IMG/VR virus record: IMGVR_UViG_3300037247_000790 | Span: 1 to 61,675 of that record | Length of the DNA stretch: 61,675 nucleotides | Origin: a virus | Taxonomy: Duplodnaviria; Caudoviricetes | Direction: 5' to 3' (one strand) | Shown here: positions 27,630 to 36,227 of the stretch, piece after piece | How the letters are laid out: every line of letters begins with the position of its first letter | Position numbering within the stretch: the stretch's first letter is position 1 | Made by a program: the position numbers and the translations under genes | Notes under the pieces: generated by a model | Seen by the model: the letters and a program-made list of their open reading frames with translations, nothing else | Databases searched by the model: none | What the model was told of the DNA's origin: nothing

Positions 27630-27688
27630 CCCCTCACGGGATCTAGGATCATCTGGGGCGGATCTAGGATAAGCTGCAGATAATGGAG

Positions 27689-27733
27689 GAGCACTAGGGC
27701 CTCATTGCTGAGTGCTCAATCCCCTAGTGCTCT
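27689..27733. other. Strong hairpin GAGCACTAGGG...CCCTAGTGCTC
   Basis: 11-bp perfect stem in intergenic region. Confidence 0.6.
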
Positions 27734-27758
27734 CTGAGCTAGGAAGAAGTCAAGATTG

Positions 27759-27998
27759 CTAGCGTACAGCCCTTACCCAAGACGGACGGCGACAATTATG
27801 AACACCTGTTCCTGTTCCCACAAGCCGCCCTTCTGAGTCAAAGGCAAAGTCGCGGTTGCCAAATGGTAGATCACCAAGGATTCGTATCCGACCCTCACCA
27901 GATGGAGTACGTTCGATCATCAGTGTGAGGTTAGTTACCTCATCCTCAATAATCTGCTCACGGAGTACAATCGATTCGCCGTTTGGCTTCTCTGCCAT
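27759..27998 (-). CDS. Hypothetical protein (near-leaderless)
   Basis: MAEKP start just downstream of a consensus promoter. Confidence 0.5.
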   Translation of the reverse strand: MAEKPNGESIVLREQIIEDEVTNLTLMIERTPSGEGRIRILGDLPFGNRDFAFDSEGRLVGTGTGVHNCRRPSWVRAVR

Positions 27999-28007
27999 GT
28001 CATCCTT

Positions 28008-28037
28008 ATTATATATCATCTGCAGCCTCGTTGTCAA
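28008..28037 (-). promoter_or_regulatory. Consensus promoter TTGACA-18-TATAAT (leftward)
   Basis: Perfect hexamers. Confidence 0.7.
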
Positions 28038-28365
28038 GTCCTCTGGATAAGAACATCTGTTCAACCCTAGATTCGATTTTCAGCATTTTCCTCTGCACCC
28101 GTAGGACACACTCTACCATATCCGGCATCCGGACCCGCCCCCCTTCCGCGCGATCGCATGCGGGTACAATTGAACAGGGGGTAGGGTATCCGATTAAATG
28201 AATATCCGCCTACCTAGATGATCTAATGATCCCCAGATTCGCTTTTGGATGATCCCGACCTGAACCGGATTAGCCTATGCTATCTTACAGGATTAGCATA
28301 TACTTACATAGTGGGAAAGCATGGGGTAAGCTGTCATGGACGGTGATACTGTATGATAGAGATAC

Positions 28366-28394
28366 TTGACAGATACGTTACATTATGCTATCCT
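28366..28394 (+). promoter_or_regulatory. Early promoter TTGACA-17-TATCCT
   Basis: TGn-extended -10. Confidence 0.6.
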
Positions 28395-28562
28395 GCGCGT
28401 TATAGACTAATGGACTGGGGATTATCTATAGATAGACTAGATGTTATTTGCAGATGATCCCCAGATGATCTAATGGGTATCCGGCAACTCACTCATGCTG
28501 ACTGATGCCTGACTAGGTGCATTCGGCCGCAACTGCAACCAGAAGAGATTAGGAACTAGGGG

Positions 28563-28590
28563 TTGACAGGGGTTCAGAGTATGATAGAAT
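28563..28590 (+). promoter_or_regulatory. Early promoter TTGACA-16-TAGAAT
   Basis: TGn-extended -10; upstream of RBS AGGAGGAGG. Confidence 0.6.
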
Positions 28591-28622
28591 GGTCGATAGT
28601 GGATGTAGGAGGAGGCAAACCG

Positions 28623-28838
28623 ATGAGAGTAGGTAAGAGAGAAGTTGTCTACCCATCATCTTGCATGGGAACAACGGAGCAGATGGCACGTATCGTCAAA
28701 GGTGAACTAGTAAATGCCGGTTACCGCGCAACGTTAAGGAAGATGGGTAAATGGGGTTACGTGGTACTAGTACCGCCTGAAGAGTTGCACAGTGCGGATT
28801 ATGCGATCTATGGCGATGTACCAGAGGTTGGAACATGA
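28623..28838 (+). CDS. First early hypothetical protein
   Basis: Strong RBS before MRVGK. Confidence 0.6.
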   Translation: MRVGKREVVYPSSCMGTTEQMARIVKGELVNAGYRATLRKMGKWGYVVLVPPEELHSADYAIYGDVPEVGT

Positions 28839-29012
28839 CTTGCAAGAAGTGTGGCGCAAGGGTACAGCACTCGCCAATGGGCATCACTATTATCTGTATC
28901 CCATGCTGGCGCGTAGTGGACAAGTGCACATGCTAACTAGCCTCCCCACCCTAGGCCCTGATCCTTATCGGGGCACTGGGCGGGCAGAGACTAGCCTAGG
29001 AGGAATTTGCAC

Positions 29013-29228
29013 ATGAGAGATCAAGAATGTGCCGATACCGTTGCCTGGCAGCTAGCAAAGGCATTGACACCTCAAGCGGCCAGAGTGGGCGTGGTGGCTG
29101 AAGGCGAGTACCGTGGGCCATGCGCCAGGTGTGGCAGCATACTAGCCCCCAGCCAAGAGTACATCGTCGCCGGTGATGGTTTTGAGGATCACGCTTGGGC
29201 GGTGGATTGCAAGGAGGAAGGAGCGTAG
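29013..29228 (+). CDS. Small zinc-binding hypothetical protein
   Basis: CARCG...H...C; RBS AGGAGG. Confidence 0.55.
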   Translation: MRDQECADTVAWQLAKALTPQAARVGVVAEGEYRGPCARCGSILAPSQEYIVAGDGFEDHAWAVDCKEEGA

Positions 29229-29230
29229 AT

Positions 29231-29544
29231 ATGGCAGAGCACACCAAGACTCCGTGGGAAATAGGCGACGAGGGCAGCATCTGGGCCACCTTAGACGACG
29301 GTGAACAGCACCTTGTTGCTCAAGTTGGTGGTGGCGAACCCTGAGCACCCAGAAGCCCAGGCCGACGCTGCGTTCATCGTCCAGGCCTGCAACAGCCACG
29401 ACGCGCTTCTGGAGGCGCTGAAGCGGTTAGCTGTCGAAGCCCAAGGATCTCGTGCAGCCCTCCGCGCTAGCTCAGGCCGAGGAAGCCTTAGCCCTGGCCC
29501 GTGGGGAGGCTGCCGGCGGTCACGACATGGGCCATGTAGTCTAG
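29231..29544 (+). pseudogene. Frameshifted small phage gene (HTxxPW...AxFIVxACNSH...LLEAL type)
   Basis: Segments MAEHTKTPWE / EAQADAAFIVQACNSHDALLEALK / ALAQAEEALALARGE lie in three successive frames. Confidence 0.6.
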
Positions 29545-29563
29545 GAAGGGAGAAAGGTTAGAG

Positions 29564-29932
29564 ATGATCATTCGAGGCATTAGTCAACCGGAACTAGAGA
29601 ATATCGCATTGCAAACGGGCGTAAGGTTAGTCAACTTCCGACCGCAGGGTAGAGGATACGCGTTCACCCTCGGGCTACAGGGTGAGCTGTACCGGCGGGT
29701 TAGCTCCACTGGTCGGCGAATAGCAGCCGTATGCTATCATGGGCATCGAGAGTTTATGTCATCTGTATTTGGGATCGAACCGAACGCGGTGATCATATCC
29801 GCAATGGCCCGCTACGATAACGCGGATGCCTTCAATCAGACGGCATGTGAGGCAGGGAGTAGGAACATCGGGTCGAGGATGCAGCCAATAGTCTATGATG
29901 AGGCTTGCACCTGTTCAGAAGAGGAGGAATAG
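29564..29932 (+). CDS. Hypothetical early protein
   Basis: 122-aa ORF with RBS. Confidence 0.6.
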   Translation: MIIRGISQPELENIALQTGVRLVNFRPQGRGYAFTLGLQGELYRRVSSTGRRIAAVCYHGHREFMSSVFGIEPNAVIISAMARYDNADAFNQTACEAGSRNIGSRMQPIVYDEACTCSEEEE

Positions 29933-30154
29933 ATGAGATACTACTACGACGAAGACCGACAACTGACAACCATCGACGGGCGGATCCGAGACGATGATCC
30001 CATCCGGTGCCCAACATGCGGTCGAGCTGAGGACTGCTGTTGTTCGGGTTGTTCGGCATGTGATATACTAGGGGTGCCGAGGGAGGTAGTCCTGCCGACG
30101 CTCTCGTTGGAGGCTATTGGCCGGATACATGACGCGGTAAGGAGCGGGATATGA
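29933..30154 (+). CDS. Cys-rich small protein
   Basis: CPTC...CCCSGCSAC. Confidence 0.55.
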   Translation: MRYYYDEDRQLTTIDGRIRDDDPIRCPTCGRAEDCCCSGCSACDILGVPREVVLPTLSLEAIGRIHDAVRSGI

Positions 30155-30300
30155 TCAAGTATACAGATACAACGGGCGGTCATATGTGGGAATGCACAAA
30201 ATGTCAAGCCTATGGCATTCATCCAACAGATGTAGCGGCCCGAGTTGTGGCACTACAACACTTTCGCAGGCACGAGGCACATGAGAGGAGTGGGCTATGA
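30151..30300 (+). CDS. 49-aa zinc-finger-like protein (not in ORF track)
   Basis: WECTKC...HFRRH; ATGA-coupled at both ends. Confidence 0.5.
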   Translation: MIKYTDTTGGHMWECTKCQAYGIHPTDVAARVVALQHFRRHEAHERSGL

Positions 30301-30605
30301 GATACCGGAGATCACGTACAGACTATCCAGCAGGCGTGTTGTCAATCTATGACAACGAAGGTAAGACAAGTGACCGCTACCTCGTAGTCTATGAGCCGTA
30401 CGAGGCAGCAGGAGATCAATACTTCCCAACTACGTGCATGGGGCCAACGCCTTACTCGCCACAAGGCATTTGTATGCATGACTCCCTGCGTTGGAGGCCC
30501 ACTGGAGGCTGGGGTAGTTCCCTTGTAGGAAAGGTGATTGCCTTTGATGACTTGCCTGCTGATTGTCAGCGGGTTGTTAGGCAAGACTTGGAGGAAGAGA
30601 TATGA
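30297..30605 (+). CDS. Hypothetical early protein
   Basis: YDNEGKTSDRY...GKVIAFDDLP; coupled. Confidence 0.6.
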   Translation: MRYRRSRTDYPAGVLSIYDNEGKTSDRYLVVYEPYEAAGDQYFPTTCMGPTPYSPQGICMHDSLRWRPTGGWGSSLVGKVIAFDDLPADCQRVVRQDLEEEI

Positions 30606-30838
30606 TCAGGAGATCAGCGATCTTTCCGTATGCGGAACTCAAGCACGTACCCAGTACGGAGGAACAGAACGCTACCTTGCAAGTAGAATTAGAGAAGGTA
30701 ACGGTACTGCTAGAGCACTGGACGCAGCCTGGGAACAAGGTACTCAGTGGAGCCATGACTGTTGTGGCTAAGGGCTATGCGGCATCAGCTCGTCTGGTTC
30801 TGGATCAGATAGGGAGGAGACACAATGAGACAGACTAA
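30602..30838 (+). CDS. Hypothetical protein
   Basis: ATGA-coupled ORF. Confidence 0.55.
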   Translation: MIRRSAIFPYAELKHVPSTEEQNATLQVELEKVTVLLEHWTQPGNKVLSGAMTVVAKGYAASARLVLDQIGRRHNETD

Positions 30839-31226
30839 CAAGCAGGCGTTGGAGCAGCTACAGATCAGGTGTGAGCGTGAAGGCATACACCTGCGGAAGG
30901 ACAAGCAAGGGCGGTTCATCTTCTACAAGATCGTGATGGCACGTGATCGTAGCCCGGCGATACGTGCTTCGTCAATTCGCTATACGAATGGGGCGGTAGT
31001 TCAAGTGCCGGCTGTGAACCGTAACCCAATTGTAGATTGTGGTCGTGGTCTGCATGTACTTCTAGGTAAACCTAGATGGAGCACGGATCGGGGTGATGCG
31101 CTCATTGCTGTGGCCGTGGCACCGGAGGATGTAGCTTGTATGCCTGATGCGGGCATCTTCGCAGGTCGGCCTAAGCTAAGGGTTCGTAAGCTAGAGGTCA
31201 TCAAGAAGAGGAGGTGGGCATCGTGA
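30825..31226 (+). CDS. Hypothetical phage protein (YK...CGxGLH...KLRV motif)
   Basis: IFYKIV, CGRGLHV, KLRVRKLEVI. Confidence 0.6.
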   Translation: MRQTNKQALEQLQIRCEREGIHLRKDKQGRFIFYKIVMARDRSPAIRASSIRYTNGAVVQVPAVNRNPIVDCGRGLHVLLGKPRWSTDRGDALIAVAVAPEDVACMPDAGIFAGRPKLRVRKLEVIKKRRWAS

Positions 31227-31352
31227 GGTTCCTCCTCATCCTAGTCACAGTCATCTTGGCTACGATCGCTGGTTGGCTTATCCAGCCTCTAGTTGGAGAG
31301 GTTGCACAACTGGTGGGGGATCTGTTATCCTAATCACAGAAGGAGGTGTAGA

Positions 31353-31538
31353 ATGAAAACGGCAAGAGAATTTGACGAGGCAGTCTGCTCACACCTACTG
31401 GGAGAGCGGAAGTGTGATGTCTGTAGTGAACCCCAATGCCGCCACGTTCTGCGAATCGTCGGCTCGTCTGGAGCAGTGTCAGCCTACCTATGCCCTGGAC
31501 AGCTAGACTGTCCTGACACGTTTCAACCGGAGGACTAG
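31353..31538 (+). CDS. Cys-rich small protein
   Basis: RBS AAGGAGG before MKTAR; CDVC. Confidence 0.5.
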   Translation: MKTAREFDEAVCSHLLGERKCDVCSEPQCRHVLRIVGSSGAVSAYLCPGQLDCPDTFQPED

Positions 31539-31549
31539 GACGAATAGGC

Positions 31550-31813
31550 ATGACGGTTGAAGCCTCTCTTTCAATGCAAGACGGACAGTTTGATCCAGTC
31601 GCGCCCCCGAGTCTGGGCATCCCTGCGACACTGCCAAAGGAACTAAGGCATACCTGTGTGCAGCCCTCGTTCAAGATGGTTGGCTATTGTACGCAGGCGC
31701 CGATGTACCATCTGTTCCAGTGTGTCTGTGGGATCGGGGAGATCATGCTATGTGCTAAGCTGATGGGCGGGCATGAGAAGTGTAAAGTGTGCGAGACTGC
31801 CACAAATGGATGA
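31550..31813 (+). CDS. Cys-rich small protein
   Basis: CVCG...CKVC. Confidence 0.5.
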   Translation: MTVEASLSMQDGQFDPVAPPSLGIPATLPKELRHTCVQPSFKMVGYCTQAPMYHLFQCVCGIGEIMLCAKLMGGHEKCKVCETATNG

Positions 31814-32189
31814 GCACCATAAGGACATCTACCAGAGATATCATCGAGACATTTGGCTGCCGGACCAGATCAAGACGGCGGCGAGGGACGGATTCCTACC
31901 CCCGCCGTACACTGAACTGAGGCTGTCGGATCATTACCTCGGACTTGACCGACGGCTACCGGATCGGGTCTGGATGCCTGAAGTGGTGGAGATCATTGAC
32001 GTTACAGTCGTGAAGGAAACCCAGGTCATCTACAGGGTGCTGGTACGCGGGAAGTGGTCGGATCGAATGGACTTCTGCATGGTGCTGGACGGGGACTTCT
32101 CGGTGGTGACTGGGTTTTTTATAAACAGAAGGGATCATCATCCGAAGTTAGATACGTCTGTGTATGAAGAGGAGGAGAGAAATGGATAA
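31806..32189 (+). CDS. Hypothetical phage protein
   Basis: YHRDIWLP...VVTGFFINRRDHHPKLDTSVY. Confidence 0.6.
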   Translation: MDEHHKDIYQRYHRDIWLPDQIKTAARDGFLPPPYTELRLSDHYLGLDRRLPDRVWMPEVVEIIDVTVVKETQVIYRVLVRGKWSDRMDFCMVLDGDFSVVTGFFINRRDHHPKLDTSVYEEEERNG

Positions 32190-32412
32190 CCTCTACGATC
32201 TTGGCACGGCTATTGTTCGCACATCGGGAGCCCAACAGGCCATTTGGAAGGCACACTTCAAAACCCTGATGATGGAGGATATCCACCGCTATGCAGATGC
32301 GGCTAGTGCTTTGCCCTTCTCTTCAAGAGAGTTGGATGCCCAATTGCAGAACGTACTCTGTGCTATTGATATGGCCTTGCGGCTAGTGCCGGAGCATGAG
32401 AAGACAGAATGA
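32182..32412 (+). CDS. Hypothetical protein
   Basis: RBS GGAGGAG before MDNLY. Confidence 0.55.
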   Translation: MDNLYDLGTAIVRTSGAQQAIWKAHFKTLMMEDIHRYADAASALPFSSRELDAQLQNVLCAIDMALRLVPEHEKTE

Positions 32413-32981
32413 CCTGCCTCTCATCACCTGAGCAACTAGCCTGCACGTCCTGTCGTCTGCATCAGACGAGACGAACCGTTGTGCCAGGGCATGGTGATCC
32501 GAATGCAACCATTGCTCTCGTTGGTGAGGCACCAGGCGTAGCGGAGGATGCCACAGGAGAACCCTTCCTCGGACGGGCGGGGCAGAGACTGGATCAACTG
32601 CTATCGGACGTTGGCGCCAGTCGTGCTGATCTGTGGGTGACAAATGTGATCAGATGCAGGCCAGTGGGGAATGCGATCAGATCATATCCGGATGCGGTCG
32701 CTACCTGTCCTGGTCTTTGGTTAGCCACTGAACTGGCGAGCCTGACTAACCTGAAGGTGATCGTCCTGATGGGGGCGACTGCCGGTGCGTTATTCTTACC
32801 TGGTCTAAGGGCTAAGGAGTTGGCACAGACGGCAAGGGCGCTTCCCGCTGCTCCCAGTAATGGGAAGTTAGTTGTGGGTGCCTACCATCCTTCCTACGCT
32901 CTGAGGGAAGGACCTTGGGTGTCCGATTCGATCCGAGGATCATTACGGAGGGCGATGACATACGCTGCACTATTATGCTGA
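32409..32981 (+). CDS. Uracil-DNA glycosylase, family 4 (Fe-S)
   Basis: CTSCRL, VGEAPG, GEPFLGRAG, TNVIRCRP, YHPS. Confidence 0.92.
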   Translation: MTCLSSPEQLACTSCRLHQTRRTVVPGHGDPNATIALVGEAPGVAEDATGEPFLGRAGQRLDQLLSDVGASRADLWVTNVIRCRPVGNAIRSYPDAVATCPGLWLATELASLTNLKVIVLMGATAGALFLPGLRAKELAQTARALPAAPSNGKLVVGAYHPSYALREGPWVSDSIRGSLRRAMTYAALLC

Positions 32982-33556
32982 ACGTATTACTAGCCGAAGC
33001 TCCGGATAACGTGGCTGCGATCCTACGTTTCTTCGCTCCAAACGGCGGGCGATTGTGCGACATTAGCTATGGCAAGGGAAGCCTATTATCCCATTTGCCA
33101 ATCTGGTGGAATGTGATCGGAAGCGACATGGAGGGTACGCCTCATGTGTATGCGGAATGGGGACACCTGCCCTATCGGAATGGCATTGCGAATGTTGTCT
33201 TGTATGATCCACCCTACCGTCTTGATAATAAAAGCATGGGGCTTTACAATCGCCCTACGTTGGAGTGGAAGACCCGCCATAGTCTAGCATCTGCACGTAT
33301 TAATCATACGCTTCCAATCCAAGAGGCGTTTCGTGTCCTGTGCCCTGGTGGAATCTTCATTGCCAAGGTACAGAACGCTCGACTGAAGGGAGAGTATATC
33401 GACCACGACATGGAAATTAGGAATGCGCTTTATGGTGCAGGTTTTACCCTTCGGGATGTGTTAGTGTACATTCGTCTCGCGGTGGGCGTGTTTCGCAATA
33501 CACGAACGCCACAACAGGCATTTGGATTCTACATCGTTGGCGAGAAGCCTGCATGA
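32975..33556 (+). CDS. Amino-DNA methyltransferase (m6A/m4C type)
   Basis: DISYGKG SAM motif, LYDPPY, RVLCPGGIFIAK. Confidence 0.75.
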   Translation: MLNVLLAEAPDNVAAILRFFAPNGGRLCDISYGKGSLLSHLPIWWNVIGSDMEGTPHVYAEWGHLPYRNGIANVVLYDPPYRLDNKSMGLYNRPTLEWKTRHSLASARINHTLPIQEAFRVLCPGGIFIAKVQNARLKGEYIDHDMEIRNALYGAGFTLRDVLVYIRLAVGVFRNTRTPQQAFGFYIVGEKPA

Positions 33557-35187
33557 TCTGGATTGACCGATCAATTGCTCCAACCCTTGACCTAGCATGT
33601 GCGAAGATGGCCCTGCTTGGCATACATGGTGGGTTAGTTGATCCCATCGCTCGCACCAACGTCTTGCTTAATGCCACTGCAGGTGATATGGTCTACAGTG
33701 GGCCTCTGGAATTACCCTTCTGGCGGAAGCTACATCCGAGGGTACGGTTGGTATCCATCGATCATCCGGAGGATCAAGACCCTGTATCCAATAGGATCGA
33801 ATCGTGGCTTGAGTGGGCATTATGCCAACAGGATATAACACAGACGGAAGCACGACGGCTTCTTGCAGCACCGCCCAAGATGCCACAACATGGAAGGTGG
33901 ACTCATTATCAGACAGCAGAGATGGTTGCATCTACAATGGATAAGGCGGCTGAACAATTAGGAGAGATCCCGCGATCGGACGCTGGCACCGTTCAGGAGA
34001 AGGAGTTGCCGTATCGGTGGACACTGGTTGATACAGAGGAGAAGGTCGAGCTTGCACGAGTCTTTCTCAAGGATGCGACACGGTTTGAGACCGTAATTGG
34101 GGTGGACTGCGAGACGGACGTAGCCGGTAAGCGTCCGAATGAGATGCGCGACAAGCTGGTGGGCGTTGGCATCTCTATACGAAAGGAATGCTACTATGGA
34201 TCAATCGACTTCGAACCGTGGGCTGACCTACTACGAGAGTGGCTACCCAATGTGTCTTACGTGGCACATAATGCGAAGTATGATCTATGTGTCCTTCGGA
34301 ATGCTGGAATCACACCTGGTCGTCTTGCAGGAGATGGCCGGTTGGCAGCCTATTTGTTGGGAGAACCTGAAGCAGCGTTGAAGGGACTGGTGCTGAGGAA
34401 CTTCGACTTCCAGATGATCACCTACGATGAGGTCGTTGGGACAGGCGCCAGTCGGGTGAACATATCCGAGGTGGACAAGGATCTAGTCGCTGAGTATTGT
34501 TCGGCGGACGCCTACTTCGGAGTGGAGATCGAGAGACATTTACGTGGACAATTATCAGGCAAGGCATTAGACTTATACACTCAAATAGAGCTTCCTTTGG
34601 TGGACATCTTGGCGGACATGCAGTTTGAAGGCATGCCGGTGGATCGGGACGAAATCAAGGTGGCACATGACGAGATTGAGCAGCGGATGTACAAACTAGC
34701 TGCGGTTGTGGATGACCTCGCCCTAGCTTCTGGTTACGTTAGACCCGACGACACGTGGGTCTGTTCCGAATGCCATAACGGGAAGAAGAAGAAACTTACC
34801 TGTGAGAAATGCAAGGGGGTAGGCAGGTTCTCCACGCCTATGATGATCAACTTGGGATCATCCAAGCAGCTTGTGGAATGGTTGCATGATCATCTTGGCC
34901 TGCCAGTACAGGCGTTGACAAAGGAGACACAGAAGCCCTCCGTATCTGCTCTTGCCCTACTCCGAATGAGAGAATTGAATCCGGCCATCCCGATCATCCT
35001 TGAGTGGAAGGCTGCGGACAAGTATCGTGGGTTCCTGATCAAATGGTATGAATTCTCTGAGGGTGACAACAGGTTGCATCCGGTCTACAATAATGCGAGG
35101 ACACGATCGGGGAGACTATCCGCACAGGAGCCCAACGTCCAGCAGATCAAGCTAGAGTGGAGGAAGTTCTTTGTCGCGTCTGGATGA
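33553..35187 (+). CDS. polA: Family A DNA polymerase, N-terminal part (3'-5' exonuclease and thumb)
   Basis: VDCET, HNAKYD, YCSAD exo motifs; IELPL...GM.VD; NLGSSKQL; RSGRLSAQEPNVQQI. Confidence 0.9.
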   Translation: MIWIDRSIAPTLDLACAKMALLGIHGGLVDPIARTNVLLNATAGDMVYSGPLELPFWRKLHPRVRLVSIDHPEDQDPVSNRIESWLEWALCQQDITQTEARRLLAAPPKMPQHGRWTHYQTAEMVASTMDKAAEQLGEIPRSDAGTVQEKELPYRWTLVDTEEKVELARVFLKDATRFETVIGVDCETDVAGKRPNEMRDKLVGVGISIRKECYYGSIDFEPWADLLREWLPNVSYVAHNAKYDLCVLRNAGITPGRLAGDGRLAAYLLGEPEAALKGLVLRNFDFQMITYDEVVGTGASRVNISEVDKDLVAEYCSADAYFGVEIERHLRGQLSGKALDLYTQIELPLVDILADMQFEGMPVDRDEIKVAHDEIEQRMYKLAAVVDDLALASGYVRPDDTWVCSECHNGKKKKLTCEKCKGVGRFSTPMMINLGSSKQLVEWLHDHLGLPVQALTKETQKPSVSALALLRMRELNPAIPIILEWKAADKYRGFLIKWYEFSEGDNRLHPVYNNARTRSGRLSAQEPNVQQIKLEWRKFFVASG

Positions 35188-35941
35188 TCTAGTCTTCGTC
35201 TGTGCGGACTATGGGCAAATCGAGGTACGGGTTGCTGCCTATGCCTCACATGATCCCAAGCTGCTGGCGATCATGCAGCGTAATCCGGAGACTGCAGATG
35301 GGGACGTTCACAGTCAGAACGTTTCCAAGTTGTTTGGTATCCCGTTTGAGGATCAGAAGGGATACAAGCATCTACGAACGAGGGCCAAGAACTACTTCTT
35401 CGGTGCGTTGTATGGATCGGGTGGATGGGAGGTGCAGGAGGTCATTGAGAAGCAATTCCTGCAGGATCCTGAGCTGCTGGCGCACGGGGTGCCCACGCTG
35501 AGGGAGATTCAGGCCGGTATTCGAGATCTCCGAGACGAGTACGCACATTACTTCTCCGAATGGGTGCCATATGAGATATGGAATGCAAAGGAGCATGGGA
35601 ATACGGTCTTCACCCTGTTTGGCAGGCCGAGGATCATTCCTGATCTGACCAGTCAGGATAAGAGAGATCGGGAGGCGGCTGAGCGGGAAGCCATTAGTCA
35701 TATCGTGCAGGGTTCTTCGGCTGATGTCCTCCGGATGGCGACCATCAAGGTTGCGGACATTCCGAACGGGCGACTGGTCTTGACAGTCCATGATGAATTA
35801 GGTAGTATAGTAGAGGAGGGTCTGGCCGTGGAGTACAAGGAGGCAATGGTGGACACGATGCTGCTTGGCCAACCGTTTGAGGACGTGCCACTGGTGGTGG
35901 ATGCGGAAATTGGGAGGACATGGTATGACTGTCACAAGTGA
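35171..35941 (+). CDS. polA: Family A DNA polymerase, C-terminal part (motifs A, B, C)
   Basis: ADYGQIEVR, RAKNYFFGALYG, TVHDE; in +1 frame relative to the N-terminal part. Confidence 0.9.
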   Translation: MSRLDDLVFVCADYGQIEVRVAAYASHDPKLLAIMQRNPETADGDVHSQNVSKLFGIPFEDQKGYKHLRTRAKNYFFGALYGSGGWEVQEVIEKQFLQDPELLAHGVPTLREIQAGIRDLRDEYAHYFSEWVPYEIWNAKEHGNTVFTLFGRPRIIPDLTSQDKRDREAAEREAISHIVQGSSADVLRMATIKVADIPNGRLVLTVHDELGSIVEEGLAVEYKEAMVDTMLLGQPFEDVPLVVDAEIGRTWYDCHK

Positions 35942-36227
35942 CCATGTGCCCACGACGGCAAAGGAACGGGCGTGGCTCTTCAAGAACTGGACTCCGGATG
36001 ATCCAACCTTTGTTGAGTGGGTTGGGGGGAGTGAGCAGGCGCATAGGCTAGTGCCTCGCGTGTTGCTTGATCTGATACGCGAACGTAGGCTAGTGGCCGA
36101 GTTGCAGACGGCGTTGAGGAATATTTCATGTGCGCGGTGTGCGATGCCCGTGGGGGGCTACATTGAATCGGAACACGTTGGCATCGTGGCTGCGATATAC
36201 TGTGCGGATTGTATTGCTGATGATTGA
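35925..36227 (+). CDS. Hypothetical protein with CARC...CADC
   Basis: RBS GGAGG; coupled. Confidence 0.55.
   Translation: MTVTSDHVPTTAKERAWLFKNWTPDDPTFVEWVGGSEQAHRLVPRVLLDLIRERRLVAELQTALRNISCARCAMPVGGYIESEHVGIVAAIYCADCIADD

Noticed and set aside
35185-35187. TGA recoding or an alternative genetic code to join the PolA halves
   Set aside because: Read-through stays in the wrong frame, and other genes end normally at TGA, TAG and TAA
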